Positions 40,141 through 49,873 of a DNA stretch of 64,000 nucleotides are shown here, one piece after another. The position numbers and the translations under genes are program-made. Source of the stretch: Candidatus Woesearchaeota archaeon (GTDB lineage Archaea; Nanobdellota; Nanobdellia; Woesearchaeales; JAZDKJ01); contig JAZDKJ010000008.1 in NCBI GenBank assembly GCA_043803105.1, forward strand, positions 64,001 through 128,000, written 5' to 3'. Below the pieces are notes generated by a model. It worked only from the letters and a program-made list of their open reading frames with translations, made no database searches and had not been told where the DNA came from. Each line of letters starts with the position of its first letter. Position 1 is the first letter of the stretch.

Positions 40141-41073
40141 CTATCTTGCCTTGGTGCCCTTCTTTTTCTTAATCTTCTTGATATCCTTCTCAAGGTCAAG
40201 CTCTTCAAGCAATTCCTTGTAACGGTTCCTAATGGTTACTTCTGTGACACCTGCAACATCTGCAACCTCTCTTTGGGTGCGTTTCTCGCCGTGAATCAGG
40301 GCAGAAACATACAAGGCAGCAGCGGCAATTCCGGTCGGACCCCTACCAGAGGTTAATTCTGCTTTTTGGGCCTGCTCGAGAATCTCAACAGACTTTGACT
40401 GGGTCTCAGCAGAAAGCTTGAGCGAAGAGGAAAACCTTGCAATATAATCAACAGGATTGGAAGGCAAAATGGTTATGCCAAGCTCTCGTGTTACAAAGCG
40501 ATAAGTCCTACCAATCTCCTTCTTCTCAATACCAGATGCCTCAGAGAGCTCATCTAAAGTCCTTGGCACTTCATGCCTTCTGCAGGCAGCATAAAGAGCT
40601 CCTGCGACAACAGATTCCATGGAACGGCCTCTAACAAGACCTCTTTGGACTGCAAGGGTGTAAATCCTCGCAGACTCTTCTTCAACAGACTTTGGAAGCT
40701 TAAGATAAGAGGAAGCTCTTTTTAACTCTGCCAAAGCGAGCTTGAGGTTTCTCTCAATTGCTGTGGAGATCCTATACTGCCATTTCCTTAGCCTGAAGAA
40801 CTTGTTCCTGTCCTTTGAGCCAAGCTGGTAAAAGTCAGCCTTTTGGCCAACCTCTGTGCCAAGGCCCTGGTCATACTGGGTATAGGTCATTGGGGCGCCT
40901 GTACGCCTTCTGGACTCATCACCCTCAGAATCAAACTCGCGCCACTCCTGGCCGAAGTCAACCATCTTGTCTTCAATAACCAGGCCGCAATCCTTGCAAA
41001 TAATCTCGCCTTTATCTCTATTCAGAAACAGATTGATACCACCGCATTCCGGACATTTCTTAACGTACTGCAT
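40141..41073 (-). CDS. tfb: Transcription initiation factor IIB
   Basis: CPECG Zn ribbon, EWREF, GRSME, TEVTIRNRYKE. Confidence 0.97.
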   Translation of the reverse strand: MQYVKKCPECGGINLFLNRDKGEIICKDCGLVIEDKMVDFGQEWREFDSEGDESRRRTGAPMTYTQYDQGLGTEVGQKADFYQLGSKDRNKFFRLRKWQYRISTAIERNLKLALAELKRASSYLKLPKSVEEESARIYTLAVQRGLVRGRSMESVVAGALYAACRRHEVPRTLDELSEASGIEKKEIGRTYRFVTRELGITILPSNPVDYIARFSSSLKLSAETQSKSVEILEQAQKAELTSGRGPTGIAAAALYVSALIHGEKRTQREVADVAGVTEVTIRNRYKELLEELDLEKDIKKIKKKKGTKAR

Positions 41074-41260
41074 TTTCTAGTATGAGAACACGCTTTAAAC
41101 TCTCATACACCCCCCGAAAAATCGCTTTACTGTTAGTTAATGAATCGCAATGTTTAAAAATTGAATCTATAAGTTATATTTAAAGCTTTCCCCTCTGAGA
41201 ATTTGTCGACGGAGAAAAATAGCGAAAAATCTATAAAGGGCAGTCCTTCTGGAGAATTCG

Positions 41261-41434
41261 ATGGCAGGCAAAGAACTGTTGCCAAAAGAGCTTTACAAGA
41301 TCCTGGCATGCCCTATTGACAAAGCCAAACTAAGGTACACAAAGGACAAGAAGTTGCTAAGATGCAGCAAATGCGGGCATGTTTATGTCATCAAAGAAGG
41401 GATTCCTATACTTTTGCTACCCGGGATAAAATAG
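41261..41434 (+). CDS. trm112: Trm112 family methyltransferase activator
   Basis: Manual translation ILACPIDK...CSKCGHVYVIKEGIPILL (57 aa). Confidence 0.85.
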   Translation: MAGKELLPKELYKILACPIDKAKLRYTKDKKLLRCSKCGHVYVIKEGIPILLLPGIK

Positions 41435-41502
41435 AATTTCTACCAAAAACTTCTTGTTCCAACCTAAAACTTTAAAATCAAGATATCAACAACCATGCTG
41501 TT

Positions 41503-41937
41503 ATGGATGGAACAATCGCAGCTGGCCTCCCAGTGCATGACATTCGCAGGCTTAAGTTCGGCAGTCCGGCTGAACTGGAACATCTTCTAAGGAAATATCC
41601 TCTGGATGAGAGTTTCATTGACTGGTTTAACGCAATGGGTGGCCATATAATATATTTCCATGATTGGCCTGCTGGCAAAGGATCTTGTGGTGCTTTCCGG
41701 CATATATTTCTCGGCGTTAGGGGTAAAGGGCAACTTGTTGACTTGGCATTTTGTCATGAGCTGTTACACGCAGCAGTTCCTGACCTGAGGCTTGGGGTGC
41801 TTGGTCAAATGTTTTGCCAAAAACCGAATGAACACTATGCTTACGAGCGTGTAATTGATGGTCTCGCCGAAGAATATGCCTGCAACAGGAATTATATTGG
41901 TTATGCAAAAGAAAAAATTGCCTCAGTTCTCAAATGA
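41503..41937 (+). CDS. Hypothetical HExxH metalloprotein
   Basis: FCHELLH motif with a downstream Glu. Confidence 0.5.
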   Translation: MDGTIAAGLPVHDIRRLKFGSPAELEHLLRKYPLDESFIDWFNAMGGHIIYFHDWPAGKGSCGAFRHIFLGVRGKGQLVDLAFCHELLHAAVPDLRLGVLGQMFCQKPNEHYAYERVIDGLAEEYACNRNYIGYAKEKIASVLK

Positions 41938-41987
41938 ATCCTTGGTTCGAAACCTTTTTATAATCTACAGCAAGCGTTTTCTAGGAC

Positions 41988-42204
41988 GCCGCCGTGGCAC
42001 AACCTGGTACTGCGCCAGCCTTGAGAGCTGGTGGCCGAAAGGCTATCCCAGACAGCCTTTTTTGCTTCGCAAAAAAGCCTGGGGAAAGATTCCGGATATT
42101 CCGATGAGCGAGTCTTCCCGACATGCGTAAGAGCGAAATGGCTGGGGAAATTCAAATAGTCCAGAGGGAAAATCCTTCAGGATTTGAGTGTCTGGGCGGC
42201 GGCG
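41988..42204 (+). tRNA. tRNA-Ser(TGA) with introns at 53/54 (42052-42150) and 59/60 (42157-42190)
   Basis: Acceptor GCCGCCG/CGGCGGC+G; anticodon TGA at 42022-42024; long variable arm; removing both BHB introns gives CCCAG-TTCAAAT-CTGGG. Confidence 0.88.
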
Positions 42205-42209
42205 TATTC

Positions 42210-43166
42210 TTATTCTGAACTAACTTTCTCAACCCTTAGCCCATCAAATTTCTTTGATTGAATCCTGTCAAGAAGACTGTCAAGAAAGTCAAGCATTGAC
42301 CTTGCGATGTCGGTCTGCGTCACGATACCTACGGGCTTATCTGCCTCAGAAACAAGAAACCTCCTGAAGTTGCGCTCAAGCATGAAATGATTTGCCTCAA
42401 AAAGCTGCAAGTGAGTGGGAATGGAAACAACAGGAGACTTCATGACATCCTGGACATTAAAGCGAGCAAGCCTGGAAACATCCTTTGCAATCTCGTTAAC
42501 AAAATCACGCTCAGTCAAGATACCGGTTATATGGCCTTCGTTCTTTGCAAGAATGCAGCTAACGTTACGGCTTGCCATCAAAAGCTGTGCTTCTAGAACA
42601 GATTCGGTCTGCTCAATGGTAAGAAGATCTGATGCCATAATCTTCCACATATGGACAGTATTAAGAGAGTCAATTATTGAATGAGTGGCGAACCTGTCCA
42701 ATGCCTTCACTATATCAGTCAGGGTTATTATTCCCACGAGGTTGCCGTCCTCAAGAATCGGAAGCTTCCTGAATTGTTGGTTAACCATGAAGCGGTGGGC
42801 ATCAAAGATTCTTGTTGAAGGCTCAGCGCATTTAGGCGCAGGGCTCATCAGATTGCTTACTTTCTCTTGAAGGGCCTGGTCAACTAATTGAAGCTTCTGC
42901 ACAAAATCCCTCTCAGTGAGAATCCCGGCAATACGATTGGCTCTTGTTACCACGACACAAGACAAGGGTTCTCTGCGCATTGTTGCAGCTGCCTGCCATA
43001 ATGAGTCATTGACATCAACAGTGATGACCTTCCTGGTCATGATATTATTAACTGGCTGAAATAGGATCCTGTTGATTTCCTCCTGAAGAAGGCGAAGATT
43101 TCTTTTTTCTGCCAAGTCCTTAAAAAACGACAAGAATCTCTTAAAGAAGCTCAATTGCTCCGCCAT
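42210..43166 (-). CDS. Four-CBS-domain protein
   Basis: Repeated GILTERDF and GIITLTDI/GIVTQTDI. Confidence 0.88.
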   Translation of the reverse strand: MAEQLSFFKRFLSFFKDLAEKRNLRLLQEEINRILFQPVNNIMTRKVITVDVNDSLWQAAATMRREPLSCVVVTRANRIAGILTERDFVQKLQLVDQALQEKVSNLMSPAPKCAEPSTRIFDAHRFMVNQQFRKLPILEDGNLVGIITLTDIVKALDRFATHSIIDSLNTVHMWKIMASDLLTIEQTESVLEAQLLMASRNVSCILAKNEGHITGILTERDFVNEIAKDVSRLARFNVQDVMKSPVVSIPTHLQLFEANHFMLERNFRRFLVSEADKPVGIVTQTDIARSMLDFLDSLLDRIQSKKFDGLRVEKVSSE

Positions 43167-43257
43167 TCATGACTCTTTATGTGAGCAAATATTTAAACCT
43201 GCCTCAAAGAATGTTAGTGTAATCCTTTGGTACCACAATAGAATGTCAAATTAGAAT

Positions 43258-43659
43258 TCAGGCAAATTTCTTTACGGCAGTGCTACAGTAAGGGCAGTTG
43301 CTGGGCATGTTCTTCTCAACATTGATCTTGAACTGGTAAGCGCACTTCTGGCAGATGTATTTTACAGTGTTCTTGTCAATCCATTGCACTCTAACCAGGT
43401 CATCCATCTTCTGCTTGTGGATGCGCTGAAGATACTCGTCCTCGCGGTCCCAGCCAGCAGGGGAATCTTTCTTTGTATCCTTAGCAGCCTGGCTCTGGGC
43501 CTTGACCTCAGCGTGCACCTGTTCCCGCTGCTTGCGGTCATTGACACAGTTCTGGCAGACCATCTTCCTGTAGACAGGATCGAGAACAAGTTCGTCTGTT
43601 CTAACCTGCTTTCCACAAACCCTGCACTTTACCCTAATACTTTCCATTGACAAGGACAT
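43258..43659 (-). CDS. Zn-ribbon hypothetical protein
   Basis: Four CxxC motifs. Confidence 0.7.
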   Translation of the reverse strand: MSLSMESIRVKCRVCGKQVRTDELVLDPVYRKMVCQNCVNDRKQREQVHAEVKAQSQAAKDTKKDSPAGWDREDEYLQRIHKQKMDDLVRVQWIDKNTVKYICQKCAYQFKINVEKNMPSNCPYCSTAVKKFA

Positions 43660-43728
43660 ATTTTGCCTTCATATTTAAATTTTGTTTTTTTGACAAGACT
43701 TTTAAACATTGAAGGTTACTTAAAGCAA

Positions 43729-45255
43729 ATGGAATATGATATCATATTTGTTGTTGGAGAACGATATTTTGATCATCCCTTATGCGGAACTGCCATCCTG
43801 AAGAGGCTTCTTGAGAAGGAAGGTTTTTCTGTGGGTTTGATCGAAATGCCTCAAAACGACACTGATATAGCAAAACTTGGCAAGCCCAGATTGTTCTTTG
43901 GAGTGAGTTCTGGAAGCATTGACTCAATGGTCAGAAACTATACTCCGCTAAAGAAAAGACGGGATGAAGACAAGAACCTTGATTATAATGAGAAAGTGCC
44001 TGATAGGGCAGTAATAGTGTACTGCAATTGGATCAAAAAGCACTACAAAGATTCTGTCATAGTGATAGGGGGAACCGAGGCAACTTTAAGGCGGTTTACC
44101 CATTATGATTACTGGGACAACAAACTAAGAAGGTCAATCTTGCTTGATTCGAGGGCAAACATCCTGGTTTTTGGCATGGCAGAAAAGCAGACAGTGGAAA
44201 TAGCCAAAAGGCTAAAGCAAGGAAAAGGGCTTGAAGGCATCGAAGGAACTTGTGGGCTGGGAAAACAAATGCCTGCAGGATTTATAGAGCTTGCAAGCCA
44301 TGAAGAGGTATTAAATTCAAAAGAAAAATTCTGTGATATGCAGAACCTTCTAACCAACAGAAAGAGCCTGGCACAAAAAGTAGGGCCTTCTTATGTGCTC
44401 CAATACAAATCTCCAAAATACAGTAGCAAAGACCTTGATGAATACTATGGAATGCAATTCTTACGGACCACTCCAAAGGAGCTCAGAGGCTTCCAGTTCA
44501 GCATAGTAACGCACAGGGGCTGCGTGGGAAACTGCAACTTCTGCTCACTAAAATTAACGCAAGGGGATAGGATAATCTCACGGTCAGAAGAATCAATACT
44601 GAAAGAGATCAAAGGACTTACAAAGCTGGCTTTCTTCAAGGGAAATGTGGATGACTTTACAGGTCCTAGCGCAGATATGTATGGTATGGACTGCAGTGGC
44701 TGCCAAGAAGGGGAATGCCTTAACTGCAACAGACTGGACAAAAGCAATGAAAGGCTGATAAACCTGCTCAGGAAGGCAAGGCAAATCCCTGGAATAAAAA
44801 AAGTGAACCTGAAAAGCGGAATAAGATTTGACTTGGCGAGCGCAGAACTTGTAAAAGAGCTGGCAGAGCACCACATATACGATTTCCTGCGCATAGCTCC
44901 AGAGCATGTAAACAAAGAAGTGCTAAGCTTAATGAACAAAGAAAAAGGCGACCTTGATAAGTTCATTAAAGAATTTAAGAAGGATGCTTCAACAAAAAAA
45001 CTGTCGTTTTATTTCATGACTGCACACCCTGGTTCAACAATCAAGGAAGCAAGGGAATTGGCAGAGAAGATGTGTTTCCTGGAGAACAGCGAGAGCGTGC
45101 AGGTGTTTACACCAACGCCTATGACTGTGTCAACATGCATGTACTATGCAGGAATGGAGCCAAAGACAAAGAAAAAGATCCACGTGCCTTACACTTATTC
45201 TGAGAAAAAAGAGCAGAAACGAGTTCTGATGAAAAATTATTCAAAGACCTTCTGA
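43729..45255 (+). CDS. YgiQ-family radical SAM protein
   Basis: PDRAVIVY, THYDYW, HRGCVGNCNFC, APEH, AHPG, FTPTPMT. Confidence 0.9.
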   Translation: MEYDIIFVVGERYFDHPLCGTAILKRLLEKEGFSVGLIEMPQNDTDIAKLGKPRLFFGVSSGSIDSMVRNYTPLKKRRDEDKNLDYNEKVPDRAVIVYCNWIKKHYKDSVIVIGGTEATLRRFTHYDYWDNKLRRSILLDSRANILVFGMAEKQTVEIAKRLKQGKGLEGIEGTCGLGKQMPAGFIELASHEEVLNSKEKFCDMQNLLTNRKSLAQKVGPSYVLQYKSPKYSSKDLDEYYGMQFLRTTPKELRGFQFSIVTHRGCVGNCNFCSLKLTQGDRIISRSEESILKEIKGLTKLAFFKGNVDDFTGPSADMYGMDCSGCQEGECLNCNRLDKSNERLINLLRKARQIPGIKKVNLKSGIRFDLASAELVKELAEHHIYDFLRIAPEHVNKEVLSLMNKEKGDLDKFIKEFKKDASTKKLSFYFMTAHPGSTIKEARELAEKMCFLENSESVQVFTPTPMTVSTCMYYAGMEPKTKKKIHVPYTYSEKKEQKRVLMKNYSKTF

Positions 45256-45728
45256 ATTGCGAGTTCTGCAGGGACAGTCTCGTTAGTGCAGCCTGAGGCA
45301 CTCACAAAGACAGAGCAACCTTGAGTATTGTAAGTGGGTTCTCTCAAGGTGCAACCTGCAGCAATAGGGGTATCTTTTATCGCTTTCTCACATGCGTCGA
45401 AAGTCTGCCGTGCGTTATTGTAATCAATCAAGCTCCATCGCTTGGAGAACGCTAGGGCGACAGAGGGATTAATAGTCTCGTTAAAGGGCTGCAATCCATG
45501 ATATTTCCTCACCACGTTGTACATAGTGCAATTTCGCTCAGAACTTAGACGATATTGCGCTATGAATGTGGGTGGGGCAGCAGAGGTCTCAAAGGACCAT
45601 CCGTTAGGCAGGAGTTGTCTTATTTGCCCGACTTTTTCCTCCACTTCGCTTTGGCAGCCAATCGAGAGCTTCTGGTCTGTACAGCCAACCAATAAGATAC
45701 AAACAAACACAGCAAAGGCAGGTCTCAT
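45237..45728 (-). CDS. Cys-rich putative lipoprotein
   Basis: LLVGC lipobox. Confidence 0.55.
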   Translation of the reverse strand: MRPAFAVFVCILLVGCTDQKLSIGCQSEVEEKVGQIRQLLPNGWSFETSAAPPTFIAQYRLSSERNCTMYNVVRKYHGLQPFNETINPSVALAFSKRWSLIDYNNARQTFDACEKAIKDTPIAAGCTLREPTYNTQGCSVFVSASGCTNETVPAELAIQKVFE

Positions 45729-45943
45729 AGAGCAAGCTTTGTTGAAGATGTTTATAAATTTGTCGAAGCATTGAATATTTTATGTGGCATGGAAATGCGC
45801 CCTCGCCGCCTGATGTTTTCCAGGTTCGCAAAACTTGCTTCGGACGAGCTATTTTGCTTGAAATGAACCCTTGAAAACTGCGCAGTAGTAACATTCACGA
45901 AATGTTTATAAATACACAAGGCACAACATTTCTCGGTCACTAA

Positions 45944-48850
45944 ATGCAAGAGCTAATAATAAAGGTTGGAGGGAGTTCTGTAAGCACAGCCAAAAACATC
46001 TGGAATGTTGCAGGCCTGATTGCAAATGAATACCTAAGGAATCCCAACACTGGACTGACGGTTGTGGGCTCTGCCATAGGCACACCGCCTGGAAAAAAAC
46101 AACCCAAAGTAACTGACGTGTTGCTTAGGATTGCGAAAAACATCATTTCTGGCAGACAAAAAGAAGCAGTCGAGGATACAGAATACGTAACCAAACTACA
46201 TCTTAATGTAATAGACACATTGGATTTTGATACAGTCCTTGTGGAAGATAATCTGTCAAGCCTTGAATCGATAGTACATACTGCAATCGGCGAAGTCGAA
46301 AGTGGAAAACAAGTTGATGAATACATGCTGATGGATGCAACTGCAACCTTTGGAGAATTGACACTGAACCCTATTTTGGCTGCGGCTGTTCAAAGAAGGT
46401 TGGCAAACGACCTCAGTTCGATAGAAAAGCTCCTAGATCGAGGAACAAATCTCACTTCACAACAACAAAGACTGTACGAAAAGCTGAAATCCTGCGACGG
46501 CAGATATGTTCATGTTGTTGATCCAGCAAATTATGGGTTTGTGACTGACTCCAACTTCACTAAAGCAAAACTTTTGCCTCAGAGCCTTAATACAGAAATC
46601 GCAAAGCACCATATGAAATTGAGGCAAGGGCATCCTTACAAGGTGCTTTTTTATCCTGGTTTCATAGGTGGAGATGAAAAAGGCCACAGGACAACACTGG
46701 GAAGAGACGGTTCAAATGTGACAGCAGTAGCACTTGCAACTTCAATCAAAGCAAGCGAGATTATCATATACACTGACACAGACGGGGTTCTGGCAATACC
46801 TCCAACAGTCCTACCAAACGCACAAACAGTGAGGTTCCTTTCCTACAAAGAGGTTGTGAGCATGGCAGACTGGGGCGGAATGAAGGTAATGCAAGAGCCA
46901 GCACTTGAAATCCTGAACAGGAAGGGAGTAAACATTCCGATATATGTCAAAAACTCATTCAATCCAAAGGAGCCAGGCACATTAATCACGACAGCCTCAA
47001 CCGCGAGCCATACCCTGATGAAGGGAATCGGGGTGTTGAGGGACTTGAGCTACAGAGAATTTCCGGTTCAGACAGCGAGCGATCATGAGGCAATCGCCAG
47101 CATAATCAAGGGATACAAGGGAGCCAAAATAATCTGGGAAGAATTCTCTTCCAAAGGGAATCCAACGAGGGCAAAGTTCTTGGTTCAAAGAGATGCAAAG
47201 ATGGAAATGGACAAAGGACCAGAGTACTTTAGGGAAGCATTATACTGGCTAATAAAAAATCAGGTTTACAAAGGTAAATCAGTAAAGGGAGGATTCCATT
47301 ACCATGATGCATCACTTGTCACTGTGTTTGGCAAGGGAATTGGGAACTCTCACATTGAGATAGGAAAAATCCATGAAATATTGAGCAAGATTGAGCTTTC
47401 AGATAAACTTGAAGGCAAGGAATACATGTTCCCTGTCGAGGTCAAGGAGGATATGCTCCACCTTGTTGTGCGGGAGAAAGACACAAGCCCGGTTGCCAAT
47501 GGCATTTACAATGAGCTGAAAAAGATAAACATTGTGCTTTACGGTCTTGGCAAAGTAGGGCAAAGGTTTCTCGAACAAGCCATGTCAAGGTATCAACAGC
47601 TTGGAATCAACATTGTTGGGGTGGCTGACAGCCTTGGCGTGATCACCAAGCCTGATGGTCTGAGCATAAAAGAATTATCCATGATTAAGGGCATGAAGGC
47701 AGATGGCATAAAGCTTAAAGACATTTCAGTCGGTGAATACCTGCATAGACAAGAGGCTTTGGACCTTAGCAAGATTTTCAGATATGCCAAAGGCGACATG
47801 GTATTGATAGATGCGACTCCTGAGCCGCAAATGCTCTCAACGATTTCCCAGGCATTGAAATTGGGTGCTAGTGTCATATCAGTAAACAAGACTCCTTACG
47901 CAACAAAACCCCAGGCATGTAATGACAGGTCCACCAAACGCAAGATAAGAAAATTGTTCGAAGGTGTGCTGTCAGAAAGAGTTCTCAACCGCGGTACGGT
48001 AGGTGCAGACCTGGGCATACCTGGCACATTGTTAGGGGTTCTGGCCACAAACCCAGAATATGTGACTGTAAGAGGATGCATGAGTGCTACGTGCGGATAC
48101 ACAGCAGCTTCACTTAGTACAATGCGTTTTTCAGAAGCCATACAAAGTTCCATATCCAAGGGATATACAGAACCTACTCCTTTTGATGACTACTCAGGAA
48201 ATGATATACTTCGCAAGACCATAATACTGTGGAGAATGATTGCCAGCAAATATGGCCTTGACATGTTCAACATAGACATCAAGCATGAAAGCTTCATCGA
48301 GCCGATGATAAGGCTCTTTGAGAAGAAGGGAGGCAACCGAGCAGAATTTGCAGACATTAGCCAACTTGACGCAGTTCAATTTGTAGAAAAAATGAAGGTT
48401 TTAGATCGTTATTTTATAGAGCTCCAATCAGAGCTTGGAAAAGATTATGTGTTCAGATACGTTGCAGAAATAAGGTATAACCCTATGGCCTTGAACACTA
48501 TCGCCAACAAATATGAAATCTCAGTTGGATTAAAAAAATTACATAAGGACAGCATTCTTGGCGGGCTCGATGGACCTGAAAATCTGGTTGTATTTGGCGC
48601 AGGCGAAGAGCCGAAGAAGACTTATGGTCTTCAGCCAGGGCCTGGTGGAGGGCACGAGGTCACTGCAAGCGCGATAATGCACGACCTGGAAAAGATCATT
48701 GAAAGAGCCCGGGGAAGAAGAAAGGGGCAGGTTATCGAGGTATTCAAACAGAACGAAACAACAAAAACTCCTAAATACACTACTTTCTTTTTTAGCCATA
48801 CACAACAACGATTGAGGGATTATGTCTCGAAAGGGACACTGCATCCTTAA
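45944..48850 (+). CDS. thrA: Bifunctional aspartokinase/homoserine dehydrogenase (divergent)
   Basis: IIKVGGSSV, TTLGRDGSNVTA, YTDTDGV, VKNSFNP; YGLGKVG, SVNK, GYTEP.P.DDYSG.DI.RK, GPGGG.EVTASA. Confidence 0.85.
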   Translation: MQELIIKVGGSSVSTAKNIWNVAGLIANEYLRNPNTGLTVVGSAIGTPPGKKQPKVTDVLLRIAKNIISGRQKEAVEDTEYVTKLHLNVIDTLDFDTVLVEDNLSSLESIVHTAIGEVESGKQVDEYMLMDATATFGELTLNPILAAAVQRRLANDLSSIEKLLDRGTNLTSQQQRLYEKLKSCDGRYVHVVDPANYGFVTDSNFTKAKLLPQSLNTEIAKHHMKLRQGHPYKVLFYPGFIGGDEKGHRTTLGRDGSNVTAVALATSIKASEIIIYTDTDGVLAIPPTVLPNAQTVRFLSYKEVVSMADWGGMKVMQEPALEILNRKGVNIPIYVKNSFNPKEPGTLITTASTASHTLMKGIGVLRDLSYREFPVQTASDHEAIASIIKGYKGAKIIWEEFSSKGNPTRAKFLVQRDAKMEMDKGPEYFREALYWLIKNQVYKGKSVKGGFHYHDASLVTVFGKGIGNSHIEIGKIHEILSKIELSDKLEGKEYMFPVEVKEDMLHLVVREKDTSPVANGIYNELKKINIVLYGLGKVGQRFLEQAMSRYQQLGINIVGVADSLGVITKPDGLSIKELSMIKGMKADGIKLKDISVGEYLHRQEALDLSKIFRYAKGDMVLIDATPEPQMLSTISQALKLGASVISVNKTPYATKPQACNDRSTKRKIRKLFEGVLSERVLNRGTVGADLGIPGTLLGVLATNPEYVTVRGCMSATCGYTAASLSTMRFSEAIQSSISKGYTEPTPFDDYSGNDILRKTIILWRMIASKYGLDMFNIDIKHESFIEPMIRLFEKKGGNRAEFADISQLDAVQFVEKMKVLDRYFIELQSELGKDYVFRYVAEIRYNPMALNTIANKYEISVGLKKLHKDSILGGLDGPENLVVFGAGEEPKKTYGLQPGPGGGHEVTASAIMHDLEKIIERARGRRKGQVIEVFKQNETTKTPKYTTFFFSHTQQRLRDYVSKGTLHP

Positions 48851-48852
48851 TC

Positions 48853-49473
48853 TTGGCAAAGCTTCGAAAAGGATGTGCATACTTGAGAAAAAGTAGACTT
48901 GCAAGAAAATACAATGCAAGGCCCGCAATAGCTTTTGAACACCCTTACTGGGTTTTCTCTGTTGCGAAGCGTGTTGATATTCATGATAGTAACGAAAAAA
49001 CTCTTGTTAAGGATTTGAGCGACCTTATGACTGAAGCCAGGGATCTATATGGGTGGGTAGGGATAAGTTCTAACAACTTGATGTGGAATGCCACAAAGAT
49101 GCCAATCAGAGTAATCCAGGTGCTTGCTCCAGAAGGGGGAGACTACTTAACTCTTACGAATCCTGAGCTAAAGGAGATTTGTGGAGAGAAATTCGAATCG
49201 CATGAAGGTTGCGGTTCATTTCCCGGAAGAATGTATTGGGTACAAAGGTATCCCTATGTGCGCCTGGTTGGAATCCAACTTTATCATGCCAAATTCGAGC
49301 AAATAGAACTAATATACGGAGCAAAAGACGTGAAATTAGAGTGGCCAGAATGTTGTGTTAATGAAAAGCTCCAGCCAGTTCGTGTAGTGCAGCACGAATG
49401 CGATCATTTAGAAGCCATAGTCATACCTAAACTTGCTTATTCAATGAACAGGAACCAAAACAAATATAAATGA
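48853..49473 (+). CDS. Peptide deformylase-like protein with uL16-like N-terminus
   Basis: VGISSN (motif 1 variant), EGCGS, VQHECDHLE. Confidence 0.8.
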   Translation: MAKLRKGCAYLRKSRLARKYNARPAIAFEHPYWVFSVAKRVDIHDSNEKTLVKDLSDLMTEARDLYGWVGISSNNLMWNATKMPIRVIQVLAPEGGDYLTLTNPELKEICGEKFESHEGCGSFPGRMYWVQRYPYVRLVGIQLYHAKFEQIELIYGAKDVKLEWPECCVNEKLQPVRVVQHECDHLEAIVIPKLAYSMNRNQNKYK

Positions 49474-49495
49474 ATTTGGAACCATCAAGACAGAT

Positions 49496-49701
49496 GCCCC
49501 GTTGGTGTAGCCCGGCGCAATGGAACTTCAGTTAGAGGTTCCATGCGGGAACAATCATTCGGCCCTCTCGAGGCCGAGACTCGGGTTCAAACAGCCTTTT
49601 TCCATAGGAAAAAGCCTGGGGAAAGGCTTTTTTGCCTTCGGCAAAAAAGTGTGTTTCAAAGGTTTCAAATGTGGGAGGGTTAGAAAATCCCGAACGGGGC
49701 A
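49496..49701 (+). tRNA. tRNA-Glu(CTC) with D-loop intron (49517-49551) and 59/60 intron (49592-49687)
   Basis: Acceptor GCCCCGT/ACGGGGC+A; CGGCC-CT-CTC-GA-GGCCG; BHB helices CCCG/CGGG and TTCA/AGAA. Confidence 0.88.
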
Positions 49702-49873
49702 TTAATTTCTTAACACCATATAACAGAATTCAACGAGTTCGCAACATATTTAAGGGGAAACTAGTTTTTATGTCAGCAAGCCGCGGTCGCATACTCACAG
49801 AACAAGTTCTGTGGTCGCGACCTTGTGTGGCAATCTTCAAGCTAAATAGCTTGATGGCAATAAGATCAATTTT

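Noticed and set aside
42052-42190. Group I intron in the tRNA T-loop
   Set aside because: The inserts are too short (99 nt or less), lack P/Q/R/S core elements and are explained by BHB motifs
45780-45943. Lysine riboswitch or attenuator upstream of the aspartokinase gene
   Set aside because: A TATA-like box lies about 30 nt from the ATG, leaving no room for a leader, and no conserved aptamer was seen
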